This document shows positions 25,640 to 38,779 of a stretch of DNA of 64,000 nt, one piece after another; position 1 is the first letter of the stretch, and the number at the start of each line of letters is the position of its first letter. Origin of the DNA: Raillietiella orientalis (Eukaryota). A model generated the notes under the pieces. That model searched no databases and was not told the origin of the DNA. It saw only the letters and a program-made list of their open reading frames with translations. The position numbers and the translations under genes are program-made. The stretch spans positions 3,348,001 to 3,412,000 of the forward strand of contig JAYWIR010000010.1 of assembly GCA_036172245.1 (NCBI GenBank). The letters run 5' to 3'.

Positions 25640-26680
25640 TGATGGCAAGTGACCTCAACCTTGAATGTGTAGCCGCAGCGTTCTTACGAGAGAAGATCGA
25701 CCATGTTGCTGGGAGCCAAGAGATGGTCCGCGCTGGCTGATTCCATTCGAGGAATTTTTTTCTTTCCCCCCCTCATCGTCGACCACAGGACGTGCCTGAG
25801 TCGCACCCGCGCTACCAGCCATCAGGAATGACTCGGAGGCTTTCTCTGACATCCTACCCCCTTCTCTCCTGTTGGCTTCCCCGGACAAGGAAACGGCAGA
25901 ATCCACGCCGCAAGAAGCGAAGCGGAGCCAGAAGAACGTAGCGAGGGTTGCAGACTTACTTTACAAATATCCTGGGCTTACCGACCGTTACATCTTCACG
26001 CTTGATTCTCTTGCATCACAAAGCATGAGGAGCGCCTTCAAGGCATGTCGTCTGAGAGCAGCGCCTGCCACACGCCGTTAAGAATGCACGGTTGCTGCAA
26101 CACCAGAAGGGAAACACGGGAGGAGGGCTCGGTGTTCAGTGGGGATGCGTCACATCAGTAGACCGAAGGCCAAATACCGGGAAGAAACTAGATTCTCCAG
26201 AGATTCTCGTCGAACTAGCGTGAGCACTCCCCGTGCCGGAATTCGCGCACGCGCCCCAGCCGGTTCCCCTCCGCCGTGCCCGAATCTGCTCGCGCCGCTC
26301 CCTCGAGTTGATCGCGCCAGCTGCGCTCCCGGGCCAGAGGGATTCACAACGTACTCGGATCGCGGTCATGGAGTGCAGGACCCGTGCGGTTGGGTTTCCC
26401 GAGAAAGAAGTGTGACCAATGCTCAGAAGGAGGAAAACGGGGTTCTCTCACTGGAAGGCAGGAAGAGGAGGCAGGAAGTGAAGGTGGAGAGCTCGCCTGG
26501 CCTTCCTGGAGGTAACCACATGGAACTGTGCCCACAAAACTACATGGAACTGGCCAGAGCGTGAGCGGAGTTGACTATGGTGGAGATCCACGGAAGCCCT
26601 GAACGTTCCAGGAGAAGAGTTCCCGTACGTTCTAAAGACCCTGGGCGTGGGAACTGGGAGATTGGGCAAAAGATAATCTA
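25640..26680 (+). mobile_element. Decayed R2-like RLE non-LTR (unit 3)
   Basis: LNLEC, YPGLTDRYIF, RAGIRAR..PPPC, IHNVL (RHNxV), GWVSRERSV (GWxVxxExxI), VLKTLGV. Confidence 0.5.
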
Positions 26681-26849
26681 GTCACCTAGTTGCTGGTTCC
26701 TTCCGGGGTTTGCGTCTATTCTTTTCCTACTTTTTTTTTCCTGTTTCATTCCTCCTCCACATCCTCCCCTTCATCACCATCACTGTCACCGCCACCATGA
26801 ACAGAACCATCATCAGAATCTTAGTGTAGCTGGCTGTCCTTAAGGCGGA

Positions 26850-27900
26850 AAGGAAAGGATGAGCCTCCTAAGGAAAGCGGATGATTGCAGCGGCCTTGGG
26901 GTCGGAATGACCTTTACTTCTTGAAATGTTGATTTGCCAGAATCGTCCACCTTGCTTGAACGCTGACCCTCGGAATATTGGATCCAAGAGCGCCACCAGA
27001 GGACTAATTTCGGTAAGCAGCACCGGACTCTGCAGGGCGAACCGGTGATCGGGTAGCATCCCACGGAAAGTGCTGGCTCCCCCATGGATTCAAATGGACG
27101 ATGGCTACCACGGAAGCTGCGGAATCCGCTGAGTGCTCAGCGCTCCTTTGATGAAGCCGTTGACCCTGAGGATGGGTGTCAATCAGGCGGCGAGAATCGA
27201 CACCCAGCAGCCGGGAAGGGAGTGATTCCCTCCTTCGGGCACGCTCGCGTAACCCACAGTGGAAAGAAAAGGATCGCAGCAGTGCACTAAAAAAGATTTG
27301 TGAAGTGAGCTCTGCTTTCTGATAGCAGCAAGCGTTTTAGAGAGATCTTGGAGGTCTGGTGCAGAGGAAGGGTCCTCACGAATAGCCTTCGAGTTTGGTT
27401 CAGCCGGACCGAAGTTCCGGAGAAAATTGCGAATGGAAAGGAGCATGCATAGAAAAAACCCTCCCAGAATTCTCCCACTGCGAGAGCGTCCCACCTTGCG
27501 GACCACCTCACTCCTCCACCACTCGTTCCCGGGAGATGCTGATCGAAACAGAGCGAAGGAAGTACTTGCAGAACAGCCATTGAGCTGCAACAAGAAGTTG
27601 CCTAGAATTGGGGTGAGCTTCGTTTTGTAATCGAAGAAAGCCTGGTGAAGACGAATGCAAAGCTGGCCACCGACCTGGACGTGCACTTCCGGGACTCGTG
27701 GCGTGATGTCTGCACCCAGCCACCCACGAGAAACCCACAGAATAGCTTTCCCCTCTCCGACTAGACGTGCGCACAGTTTCCGTCGTTGCCTTCCCTCCGA
27801 GGTCCTTGGGCCACGTCTGATGATGGCGCCTTCCGACCTCGAAGATGAGCTCTTTGGTATTGAGCCTCTGCAGCACGGACCGAAGTCACTGGCGGCATGA
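26850..27900 (+). mobile_element. Decayed R2-like RLE non-LTR (unit 4)
   Basis: RILPLRER (NxLPTRxR), IETERRKYLQNS (ETxxHILQxC), FVIEESLVKT, PDL, DVC, RGPWATS (RGxWxxxS). 5' boundary uncertain. Confidence 0.55.
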
Positions 27901-28724
27901 TGAACCAAAGATGGTAGAGGAAGAAGAAACCGAAAAGCTCTGGTAGTTTCTGTTTCATTGAGGATGAGATTTATGGTCAGAATTGGCCGCCAAACTCCAC
28001 ATCAGAAAGGATCTTCTCACAAACCGAAACATTTCAAGCATTTGACATTCGTAGGCCACCTCTTGCGACTGCCACCATCCCTCTATTTTTGTTTTGTTAA
28101 AGCTTTAAGCTTCAAAATCATTCGGAAGGGAATGTATTTGCGGAGCAAGAGTCGTTGGCTTCCCAAGCTCATAGTTGAGGATTCTTGCAAAAGGAAGCCT
28201 CTGTTGAATTCTCTTTCGTTTCCGACTAGCTGGTTGTAATCTGGAGAGGACAACTTCAGATGTTTGCCCTGGCCTCACTTGCCCAAATGCAAGCAGCAGC
28301 AGTGCAGTTTATCAGAGGCCACATCACTTACGTGGTTGTAAGTGGTTATTGCTTGGAAACTAATAGGAATATGGGCATTTGTGAGTCCATCATCAATGAA
28401 TGGTAATGGACTTTTTTTCATTTTGAGCGATCTTCACATGGCATTCTTCCTATCGTTCTATGTGATGCATGCATCGTGATCATTTTATGTAAGATGGTTT
28501 GAACACGCTTTCTAGGTCGGAGGTTCCTAAAGATGGGACTTGAAACAAACCGTCGATCTGCAGCAACTATGGAAGATGAATCTGAGTTTGAGGGAGTGAC
28601 ATGAGAAATAACTGAAAACATCGATGCATCAGTGGGCAACTTGAAAGTCTGCTGCAACAAGAAGTTGCCTAGAATTGGGGTGAGCCTCGTTTTGTAATCG
28701 AAGAAAGCCTGGTGAAGACGAATG
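27584..28724 (+). repeat. 74-bp direct duplication (27584-27657 and 28651-28724)
   Basis: 73/74 identical by direct comparison; single C/T difference in GAGCYTCG. Confidence 0.95.
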
Positions 28725-29079
28725 GAAAAATAATGAAAAACCCTAACGTGGATGTGGGTCCCTAACGTAGAAATGGCGATCCAAATTCCAAATACCACGT
28801 GCCACGAAAAAGTGAACTGAATTTTCAGTTCATTTGCAGTTCCGTTCAGTTGATTTCAGTTTGTAATGGCACTGATAGCATTTAAAGCGGTACTCACACT
28901 GCAGACACCAATGCCTCGCCTCATCAAAAGCACCACGTGATGAGGAAAATATCCAAATCATGCATGCACACAAACACGTAAGTGTTCCTTCCTGCATGCG
29001 CAGCCGCGAATATATTCATGCAGCTCTATTTGGACATGACTGAGTTTGTATTTACGATGGCCATGGCATCGGTTCTTTT

Positions 29080-29925
29080 ACGTCAGTTTTCGCAGGTGAT
29101 TCGTCCAAAAGAACGTCGTGATAACAAATATCTTTGGAGCATCTCGTCATTTATAGGATGCCAACGGGTAATCACTGTATCTGCTGAGGCATCGGCTTGG
29201 AAGAACTCACAACGAGGCAAATAAAAACATGGCACTCTAAAACATGGCACTCGTGATTCCAAATTTTTGCCCATTTACGCTTCTGAATCCTTCACAGGAT
29301 GCCGCTGGAGCTATTAGAACGTTCTCTACCGCCTTTGGAAGGTCTTCCAGAGGGGAAGTTCTTAAAACAACTGTGATGATGTGGACCCGAAAGCTGACAC
29401 TGTTGCTGGTTGACGGGGCTGTCGTAAGCAACCGAAGTCAGCGAGCTGACGCGATTCGTAAACATCCACGTCGTTGACGTTTGACGACTGTGTCGACATG
29501 CGGTCTGTTGCCACAAACAGGTTGCTCACAGCTGGTCTTATCACAACTGAGCACGTCTGGATGTTTCCGAAGCAATCGAGTATCCGTGACATCACTTGCA
29601 TTTCACTGAAAATGGAGCTGTGATAGCATTTAATGAGAGGAAGATGGTTTTATCCCTTTCTTGGAGAAAAAATGTTTGATGCAAATGCAATTGTAGTTTG
29701 GTCAAAAACTTGTGCATGTCACTTGCAGGACAGCCATGGGGAATGTTTGCGTTCCCAATGGCTGTTCCCAATTGGCGTTCTCAGTCGAGGGTGCAGGAAA
29801 GAGGACTGCTCCAGAATAGTCCCACAGGTTGCCGATGCTGCTATCATGTTGGGTTCTAAGAGCAGAAAAGTTCTCGATGCTGGGTTCTGTTTAGGAGGTT
29901 TTGTTAATGCCTCCTTCTAGGGGAC
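29080..29925 (-). mobile_element. Decayed Gypsy-like pol (RNase H-integrase)
   Basis: KEALTKPP....AASATCGTILEQ (DAS..GAILxQ), ERKHS, RPAVSNLFVATDRMS (RPGxxNxxADxLS), FYLP (YWP), TRWHPINDEMLQR (YHPxxNGxxER). Confidence 0.55.
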
Positions 29926-30429
29926 CTTGAAATTTGTTTCCTTTCTTGGTTCAAAGAAACTTTGGGAAACAAATGCACACCATGAACTTGCACATACGTT
30001 CGTATTACAGTATGGATTGAATAAACTAGTGGAGATGTTCTCACAAGCCGGAAGTTGAGTTGAAAGAAAGCTGAAGAGATGACAGAAATCTTTCATAGAG
30101 TTACTTAAGCTACAGAAAATCGAAAAATTCCTCCAGCAAGTTCTGCATAGGAGGTAGCATGCAAGAACACAGAAAGGTATGTCATGAAAGCTAGGGTCGG
30201 TATCCTCTTTTACGATCAGAGAAGCTTTTTGGTCATGACGAAGGTCTCACTCGTTGATTCGCTGATAATAAAATGGAATGATTTATGAACATAGTTACGC
30301 AGAATAGTCAGGACATGTACCTAAAACAAATTACGAACCCATCACGAAAATGAAGATCACGATACGGAGGGAGCTCTCGCTTATGCCCTTACTCAGTTGT
30401 CACATGTGAGTTCCTGTAGTGACTGCTGC

Positions 30430-31050
30430 CGCCTCCTCTTTCTGGACAGGGGTAGGCTCCCGACATGCAGCACAGATCCCGAAGAAATCTGAAGGAGAAA
30501 TCCACCAACCGAATCACGCCGAACAATGGTGACTTTTGCTCCGTGAGCAAATTACTGCATACGATGAGTTTCCGGCTACACACTCCATCTCTGAACGTGT
30601 ATTCCATTAGATCCAAAGAGCCAAAGAAACTTTAATAGCGTTGTTCTTCGCGGGCGCTAATACGCCCTGTTACAAGGTCCTCATGGAGAAGACATTCCTT
30701 ACGTCAGACATCATTATTATACGCCATGCGAAATTTAGAATGGGATGATGCCTGCTGCACGTTCGACTCTGGAGTCCGGCTTTGTCGGCCGTAATCCTGT
30801 GGCTAGGTATTTTCCGCAACCCCATCCCATCCCACGGCTCAGTGATCTGGCTCCTACAGGATAGAAATCGCAACGTCGGTGCGCGTCATCACCACAAGGT
30901 CTCTAGGATCGCAGGACCTGGACAAGGAACAAGCGATCCGAAAATCTTCTAGTCATGCTCGATAAAAACTCGTGGTTTCGTCAGATTTCGTCGAGAAGAG
31001 GACTGTACTCATCTTACCAATCGACAGCCTGATGATGAGCATCTGAATCG
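30430..31050 (+). mobile_element. Decayed Penelope-like element (RT thumb + GIY-YIG region)
   Basis: LFLD, LLHTMSFRLH....YS (LxxxSxHPxH..I.YS), TSDII(Y)..C, NPVARYF..PH (PVAxHF). Confidence 0.4.
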
Positions 31051-31159
31051 ATAGAGAAAAGCAAAAATCAGTCAAGCTGAAGAACTGGGCATTTATGAAG
31101 CCTCCAGCAATGCAGAATGGAGGCAAGGATCAGGGAAGGCAGAGCGCGGCTGTAACGCC

Positions 31160-31900
31160 AAGCCGAAAGCTTCGTTTCCAGATTCTGGGAGATACAAAGG
31201 TCGGCACCCTGTGACAGAGGCTGTCTGCAGCGGTCCCGCATCCGGGGGACACTGCGGAGGACTCGCTGCGGCGATTCTCCGCAGGCGCCGCCATTGCAAC
31301 GACATGTCGCATTCGTGCCATTGTCACAGACCGCTATGCGCTGCAGCCTCGGACGCAGCAAAAGGTCATCCGCATGGCGGCCGCCTACACGAGGACGGCT
31401 GCGAGGCAGTCTCACCTGAGAGAAGTCGTCTCGGAGATCACCGGCACTCTGCGCTGATTCTGAGTGAGACAGAGACGCCTGCCACAGACCGCTGTCCCCA
31501 CCCTTCCTTTGTTTATTTATTGTCCTCTTCCCTCCCGCTCCGGAATGCTCCTTCAGTAACCGACTCGCGTGTCGGTTAACCAACCCCTCCCCTTGAACTT
31601 TTTCTTTCCAGCTTGTTTCTTTTTTGAAAAAATAAAAATAAAAATAGAAATAAAAGCCCCGTCGTGACCAGGTAAAAACGGAGGTCGGCACCGTGCCTCC
31701 CGCCCGAACGCCCTGAGGGTGGTTGGTCCCTGCCCACCACACCGCTGGGAGATTCCTTGATTTCGAGGAAGTGGGTTGGCGAACTTCGGAAACGGCAAGA
31801 CCGCGAGAGTGAACGATGCGAGGTGGCATCGGCATCGGCGAAGCACATGGACACCATCTCTTTGTCGAGGTCGGCAGATATTCGATCAGAGCAGACTGTG
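31160..31900 (+). mobile_element. Decayed R1-like LINE C-terminal region
   Basis: FQILG, QQKVIRMAAAYTRT (QRxxxIRxxxAYRT), degenerate terminal Cys/His region. Confidence 0.35.
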
Positions 31901-32389
31901 TGGCCAATTCCTTCACTCCTTCTTCTCATTCTTGTGCACTTCTGAGCCTCCAAGAAAACTGAGACATTCTTAATAGATGACTCTTATATGAAATGATGGG
32001 GAATTCGAAAACCCTCGAAGCACGTGACGACAAACGGCGACGTGCACGAGCGCCGGAATGTTGGTGCAGCAGCCAGGACGAACCGGCCTAGTGCGAGCGG
32101 TGGAGGGCTTCCCGCCGGGAAATTAATCCATTTGGCTCGAGCATTTTTGCTCAGCTATGCCCAGCTAACCTCAGATCCACCACTTCCCAAATCTATATTA
32201 AAAAAAAAAAGCGCATTCATAACGTGGGTTTCTTTGTCTTTCTTTAAAATACAAAACCATGCTAGAAAATAGCTGTAAAAAACAGCACATTCTTGTAGGT
32301 TTTCAGCTCATTCCTCGTGTTTGCCTTCCAGGCAGTGCCCTGGACAGCAGCCAGTGCAATGACTGAAGCGGCACTCACGAACAGCATTT

Positions 32390-32640
32390 GACAACCTGGC
32401 TTCTCAGTCTCAAATCAAGCATCTGAAACTCCAGGCGAAGCCGATGATCGGTGCGAGCATCCGGCCAATCCCTGACCCAAGATTCTGCCTCTTCAGCCCT
32501 CGGCGCGTCCCGAGACCAGGAGCAACCAGAGTCGATCGTTTCTGGGTGCGGCCAATTGGAGCCTGAGGAGAGCGGAGCCGTGCCACGAGCTGCTGGAAGG
32601 TCACTCCTGAGTCGGTGCGGGAAAGACAAGGCAGCGGCAA
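32390..32640 (+). mobile_element. Gypsy-like RT connection/thumb fragment
   Basis: PETRSNQSRSFLGAANW...PCHELL (PxxxxxLRSFLGxxNY...PLxxLL). Confidence 0.45.
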
Positions 32641-33739
32641 GCAAGCAAGATGAATTTTCCCCGGTTGAAGGAAAGGGAGGAGTACCCACGTGATGAGAGA
32701 CGTGCTCGTATGCAGAAAAGACCCTACTCGAGTAGAGGATCCGGAGATGGTGACATCTGGCAGCATTGAGGGGTTAGGGAGACTTCTCCCAGGGAACGAA
32801 TGTGCACATCCAAGCAGCATCTAGGAACAAATCCCTCGCTCGTTCCTGTTGAATTAATCTGTCAAAAAAAGGGGAGGATGGGACGCTGTTTTATCGATCC
32901 GTTTTCGGATCCTTCTGGAGTCCACCGCTTCTTAGGTAGGCGCTGACTGTGCGCTGACGACACGGAAGCAATTAGAAATCCGAGTTTGTCATCAGCTCAG
33001 CTCCATCAGGGCTGGGGTCTGATGTTCCCCTCTTGAATTGTAAGCACATTCGCGTCCGAGAATGATCCCTAATTATCTCCGCTGCGCCTCTCATGATCAT
33101 TTCTGAGCGGCTCTGTTAATGGCGCACATTTTCCAAAAAAATTGTCATCAAATAATCAACCAATAGTGCTAATGCAGGAGATCCACTTACGGAGCCATTT
33201 CGTTTGTTTTAATGCAAAGTGATGAAATCTTCATAAGTCCTCGCATTTGCTTCTCCAAGCTGAGATGCATCCTCAGCCTCTTCTGTGAGGTGGTCGCTCT
33301 TTTGTAAGACTTGATTCTTTGTTTGAATGCAAAAAGGTTCAAATGGAAGGACCGCACTTCAAGGTTCCTTCCACCTCCCAACGTTCAACTCGTACACCAA
33401 CTGCATCATCAACAGCTCCCCTACTCACCGTTACCCGTTCGTCCATCACCGTTCTTATTGATACCTTTTCCATAACATCGTGATGCTCCATCATCCTTTT
33501 GCTCGTTTTCATCGGAGGCATCCTAGTCACCTTCCTCTACGCAACACCTATGACCTACAATGACACTCACGGAGTTGCCGTTTTTCCATACTTTGTATTC
33601 TTTTTCGAAGCAGCATCGTATACTATTCATTATTCAAACGATCGCAGCTGGTGACATTTCCGTTTGCTTCTGAAACTTCAAGCACTCGTCTCCAGCATCG
33701 CTCCTTGGAATTTCATTCCTGAGTAACAGGTACTCATAC

Positions 33740-34180
33740 GAAGCAACTTTGTAGGACGGCGTCACTGCCTGACGTTTGGAGCTTGATTTACCCAACATCT
33801 TAATCACAATGAAGGCTTCAGCGAAAGGATGCTCCATTCTGTTTCGTGGTCTGGGAGAGCAGTGGATGACTGACAATCGGTAAAGCGAGGCAGGAGTTCG
33901 ACGTTCCACATGGGCATCCAAAAATTCTAGGATGAACCCACGGAAGGCGAGCATTAAAAAGGAAAAGCTCGCCTTCTCTCCGTCATGTGTGGCCATCATT
34001 AGCCATTCTGGTGGCGTCAATACCATTCGTAATGAGTTTCTTTGACGGTGCCTAATTTCATTTCTGAAGTGCCATAAACCGTGGGTAGGCGTTCAGAGGA
34101 AGTGACGAATGCGATCGCCTCCATATCTGACGCTGCGCAGGAAATCTCGTGCCATGGTGTCTGCAGTAGTTACTGATCAC
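33740..34180 (-). mobile_element. Decayed PIF/Harbinger (HARBI1-like) transposase
   Basis: DTMAR..IRHFL, LTPPEWLMMA......SF (PxTxxEWxxIAxxFxxxWNF), FLDAHVERRTPAS (IDGKHVxIxxPxxS), SGSDAV. Confidence 0.5.
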
Positions 34181-34899
34181 ATCGCCCGACATGGAGTCTC
34201 ATTGGCAATTTCTCGTGGAATATTCGAAACTTCTTTGAATAATCTGGATGGTGCTTTCTTGAAAACTTTACGGATTCCGCACTCCCGGACGTGCCTGAAA
34301 ACTTCAAGCACGCACGGAATTAAATCGATTGTAGCAACAGTTGAAGAGCCCTCGAATGCAATTTTAAGAGAAGAGAAACTCTCCTGCAAGATTATTGCTG
34401 TACTTCGGGGTACTTTTGGGAGCACATCCGAATCCGCATCCAGTGATCATGATTGCATTATGCAAAGTTTGGGTCAAAGAAATAAACATTAAAAGAAAAA
34501 AAAAAAAAAGGGAAAACCGTTTTTTTCACGATGGACTGAGTTTTGCTCGTCGTGAAGCTTTGTATTCAGATTAACTGTGTTCAGATCTGCTGGCGTGCCA
34601 TCAATTGGGAGGCAAATGGAATCATTTTCACAGGAACCCAAGACGAAAGACTGGTTTCGGAAGGTCCCTGTTTAGCCGAGATTACGCATTCATGAGACCA
34701 ATATCGAGGCCAGTAGAAAAATCTGCAGTTGAGAATTTTTATACATCAATGCATGAACGCTGTCAGATGATCGAATAATTCAGCATTGCTCAAAGCGTAT
34801 TCTGTGAGGTTTAGATTCGTTTGGAAACTGAGAAGTGGCTAGGAAACGGGCAGGCTGGAGAGATTCTGCACATGAGAAGACGTCCTTGAGAACTACCTC

Positions 34900-35365
34900 G
34901 AAAGATTGGCTGCGTAAACTAGGGACAAACTTTACCATGTGGAATGAGATTTTGACTCGATGGGCCGCATTAAGAACGGCTCAGTGACCACCGGCTCATA
35001 CGTGCTGAGCGACCGGGATTTTCGCCTCGAGAGCTCTGTGCCTGTAACGCAGCGGATAGGACGTCTCGAGGGTTCACAGCATAGGAGGGATCTCGATCAC
35101 ACATTCTGAACCACTGCATCTACAGCGAGCCTCTAATCTCGATGAAGCATGAAGGGATGGTTGCAAGCCACCCAAAAGTCTACTCGGAAGAGTTGGCAGC
35201 TGATGGCTGGCAACCCGCCCATAACAAAAGATTCCCAGTTTTTCAGACCCGACTTGGTGCTGCAGGAAGAGGGGTGACTTTGCACTCTGGGTGATGGTGT
35301 ACTCTTCGAAAGCTTCCCAGAGGCCTTGTAAGAGAACAATCAGAAGAAAGAAATAGTATCCCACG
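34900..35365 (+). mobile_element. Decayed NeSL/Utopia-like zinc knuckle + RLE
   Basis: HILNHCIYSEPLISMKHE, FRPDLVLQ, D GVLFESFPEAL..NQKK. Confidence 0.6.
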
Positions 35366-35519
35366 AAACTGATCGAAATTCAGGTCCATTCAGAGAGAGG
35401 AACCTAAATGATGTCAATCTATCCGGACAATCGGAGCTTCACTTTTCTGCCAAAGGATTCTCAGACTCCAGAAGAGCATGCATCGTTTGCTCCCTGGGAT
35501 TCGGGTACCTGAAGGATGA

Positions 35520-36660
35520 TTTGTGTTAGAAGAGCTCAAGATCTTGAGTCATCAAGATCTGAAATATCGTAAAAGAGCTGGCATGCCTAAATATCCAGTC
35601 TTCTCGTGGCATCTCTTGAAATCACCGCTCGCGTTCCATGGCAGGAATCTTTCATGGGCACTCTCTGTCTCCCGAAAGAAGCTAAGAGAAAGTTATGAAA
35701 ATAGCGGCACACCTTCCTCACCAATCTACGAAACCTTCCATGCCCTCACACAATGTGAAAAAACTTTCAAGTTTCATTTTCAAGTTTTAAGTCACCGAGG
35801 AGACACGAAGAGGGTTCTCGTGTTGTCCCAGAGTTTAGAAGGCCCAGCGCAGGAGTAGAAGAAAAGGTAATTTGAAGAAACTAGTGATCCATATTTTCTT
35901 CAAATTGCCTTTCTTGAAATCTCTGTATGCAGGTCTTCTAACTAAAATAAGAGGAATGCAGTGTCTCATTGAGGCTGCTTGATGCATTAGGGCTGGTAGA
36001 ACGTAGGAGTTCATTCGCGAGCTGCGGATCAGTCTCAAATAGCGAACATTCCATCAGCTGTTTCCTTGTCACTTTTCAGCATTGCTGGAAATGGATCCAG
36101 GTAAAATTGACCTTTGTAAGTCTGCCCACCCATGGAGATCTTAGCGATTACTGCAGCAGCCCATCGTTTCCGCACAATGCAGATAAACTTCGAAGCGTTC
36201 GGTGCGGTGATCTGAAGCATGGACTTACCCCCAAACATATTAGATGACTTGCTTTTCTACCATCGAGGTCTCTTGCGAGGTGCCCGACTTCCACACTTGG
36301 GGGAAGGGAGAAGTCAGGACGATACCTGCAAAACATGTGGCGAGCGGGAGATCCAAGGGCACGTACTCACCTGCCAAACACTGACCCAACGATTGGACAG
36401 AGATCTGACAGGTCACAGGCTTGCAGAATTGGTTACCAAGGAATAGTCGAAGTGGAGTCTCCCGCAGGAATGAACTGGTCTTGTCATACGTGCAGGAGTG
36501 GAGTGTGAGTGACCTCAGTCTTTTTCATCACCAGCACTATGGTGAGAAAGTGGAAGCTCTTTCAAGGGAAAAATATTCAGGCAAAGGCGATCTTGTAAGG
36601 ACTACTGAGGAAGGAGACCGGAATCCGCAATTGCGGTAGGATGCCCGCTTGGATACTCAA
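35520..36660 (+). mobile_element. Decayed RLE non-LTR (thumb, knuckle, RLE)
   Basis: GMPKYP...LKSPLAFHG, CKTCGEREIQGHVLTC, RRNELVL....VSDLSL......REKY. Confidence 0.5.
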
Positions 36661-37899
36661 GTAATCCTCCGGAAACTGCATATGATCTGATGAATGCAAA
36701 GCAGCACCACATACTCCTCCCAATCTCTCTGAAGAGACGATCTACAAGTGAACAGCGTCACGACGGAGTTCCGGAATGCGGCATCCGATGTGGACTTCAG
36801 TGCAAAATGAAGTTTTTGGTGCAGGTGTTGGTGAAACTCGGCTGGAAGTGTGGTCAAACCCCTGTTAATTATTGTTAAAATTGTAGTCTGGATTAATTCC
36901 TTTTGTACTGAGGAAAACTTGAGATCTTCAAAGAGCACAGTTTTCCAGCTGGAATCACAATCTCCCACGATCATAGAGATGTTTGCTCGCTACGAAATTG
37001 GAGAACGGGGAAGAAAGAGGCAACAAATTTCGAAGTCCCATTTGGCCTTTTGAAGGAGATTGTCCTAGTAAATTTTTCATCATGCCTTCCTTGAGCAGCA
37101 ATCAGCAGCAGAGGTAGTGCTGTGTCTGCACGGACCCAGCATGGCATGCATTCTAGGACAACGTCCGGATAAGGAAAGACAAGTAGGTTCGGTGCTCGAT
37201 GAAATTCCCAAACTGATGCGTTATCTTGAAGTTTCTTTCATTCGGAGAGATTCAAAGCTCCGGCCATCGGAGCTGTAGATCAAGAGAGGCGAAATCAGGT
37301 CCGTCTATACAGGCAGCTTTGGATTCGTAGATCAAGCGTGCTAAACAGGACAAGCAGAGGTCCATTAATCCTGAGTATGAATCTTTAGAGCACCTGGTGC
37401 ATTCTCCAGAATCTTCGCGTACATCAGGCAATCTTCAGATGCATCGGTCATCTTCGAATATTCAGAATTCTCTAATCACACCTCCGAATAATCATCGGTG
37501 ATAGCCGCACATAACCCAGTGGAAGGAAAGAAGCCGCAAGCGATTCGTTCAATTTTCGATTCGCTACAAGAACTTTTTTTTCTCTTTGTTTTGAGATGTA
37601 GATATTCTGATGGTAATCGAATTGCCGAAATCCGTTAAATCACTCGGCTAATCACAACACGATGGACGTACTCTGTGCAAAACTCACTTCCAACTGAATT
37701 GACCCGGAATTTAACCAATTAATCAGAGGATCCACGCTGATTCCATTTCCAAGCTGCGTTTCAGAGTGCGTTTCAACGGATGGCTGGATTACATTCCAGG
37801 ATTATGAAGCACCGTCATCAAAGAGGAGACAAATTTGCAAGCATTACTTAGTTCAGTCATGATTTTGATGTCAGTGGGGATGAAGGACGGCGGCAGCGG

Positions 37900-38110
37900 A
37901 ATTCAACACGTTCAAAATTGCTACCCCTTGAAAATAGCATTCCTTCGCTTCGTGCACACCAACGAGAACACAAAAGCAATGGAGTCCGATGGGTGAATTC
38001 GAAATTCAGTTCCGGATTCATCATCCCTATTAAGAACACTACCATCCTAATAAGGGAAGCTTTTTTGACGATGGTGACGGAGTAGCTCTCTATTCAACCC
38101 TTGCCAGGTG
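37900..38110 (-). mobile_element. Possible Merlin/ISXO2-like transposase remnant
   Basis: GSVLNRD (GSxIxSD), FEFTHRT..H..FV..GVH (HxTVNHxxxFV..GVHT), across frameshifts. Confidence 0.3.
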
Positions 38111-38779
38111 CTTCGCATACGCAATGAACGTCGCTCCTCGAAAAAAACCACAGTGAAGAGAAGCTCGCAGCGTCAAATATTCAAGTGAACCTGGGTTCTT
38201 GGTCTTTTTGCAAACTGATAAGCCCGTGCTATGAGCTCTCGAGCAATCGCAGGCATAGAGTGCCGGGTCATTCGACAGAAGGTTCCCAAATCTTCCCCCG
38301 AGCTCCTTAGGTTCTTCCCATGGAGTGCAAAGAGAAAACCTCCAGAACGAAAGTTCGAAACGTGCATCATCGGCGCTTCGTCACTGCCTCATCTGGTCAC
38401 GCGAAATTCATTCGTCCCGCTTCCTAGCATGCTGCCTTGTGGCAGACTGAAAGGAAATTCAGGGAATCTCCGCTCATGAATCGTCTCTTTCCGTTTAGAG
38501 GATCAGGGATTGCATAGGAAAAGTAGGAGGGAGTCACTTTCTGCTGCCTCCGACTTTTCCTCGACGTGGCCAGCTTCAGCCTCGCTTCCTATTCGACGGA
38601 CCGAGACAGCACGAACAACAGCACGTTTACTTCGGATCAAATGAGCACGCGTCAAAACAGTCATTACAGTCATTACTATGCAGAGGACTCCAACTCTCTG
38701 GGCGTCAAGGAGAAAACGAGCAGCACGGAGAGGGAAAAAAGAGAGGCTGAATCGAAAAAACAAAAAAAGTACGCAAAAT

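Noticed and set aside
27183..27908. 241-aa minus-strand ORF
   Set aside because: Antisense shadow of an R2-like relic; no recognisable domain.
31068..31916. Longest ORF (282 aa, minus strand)
   Set aside because: Runs through an A/T low-complexity tract and is antisense to an R1-like relic; no domain motifs.
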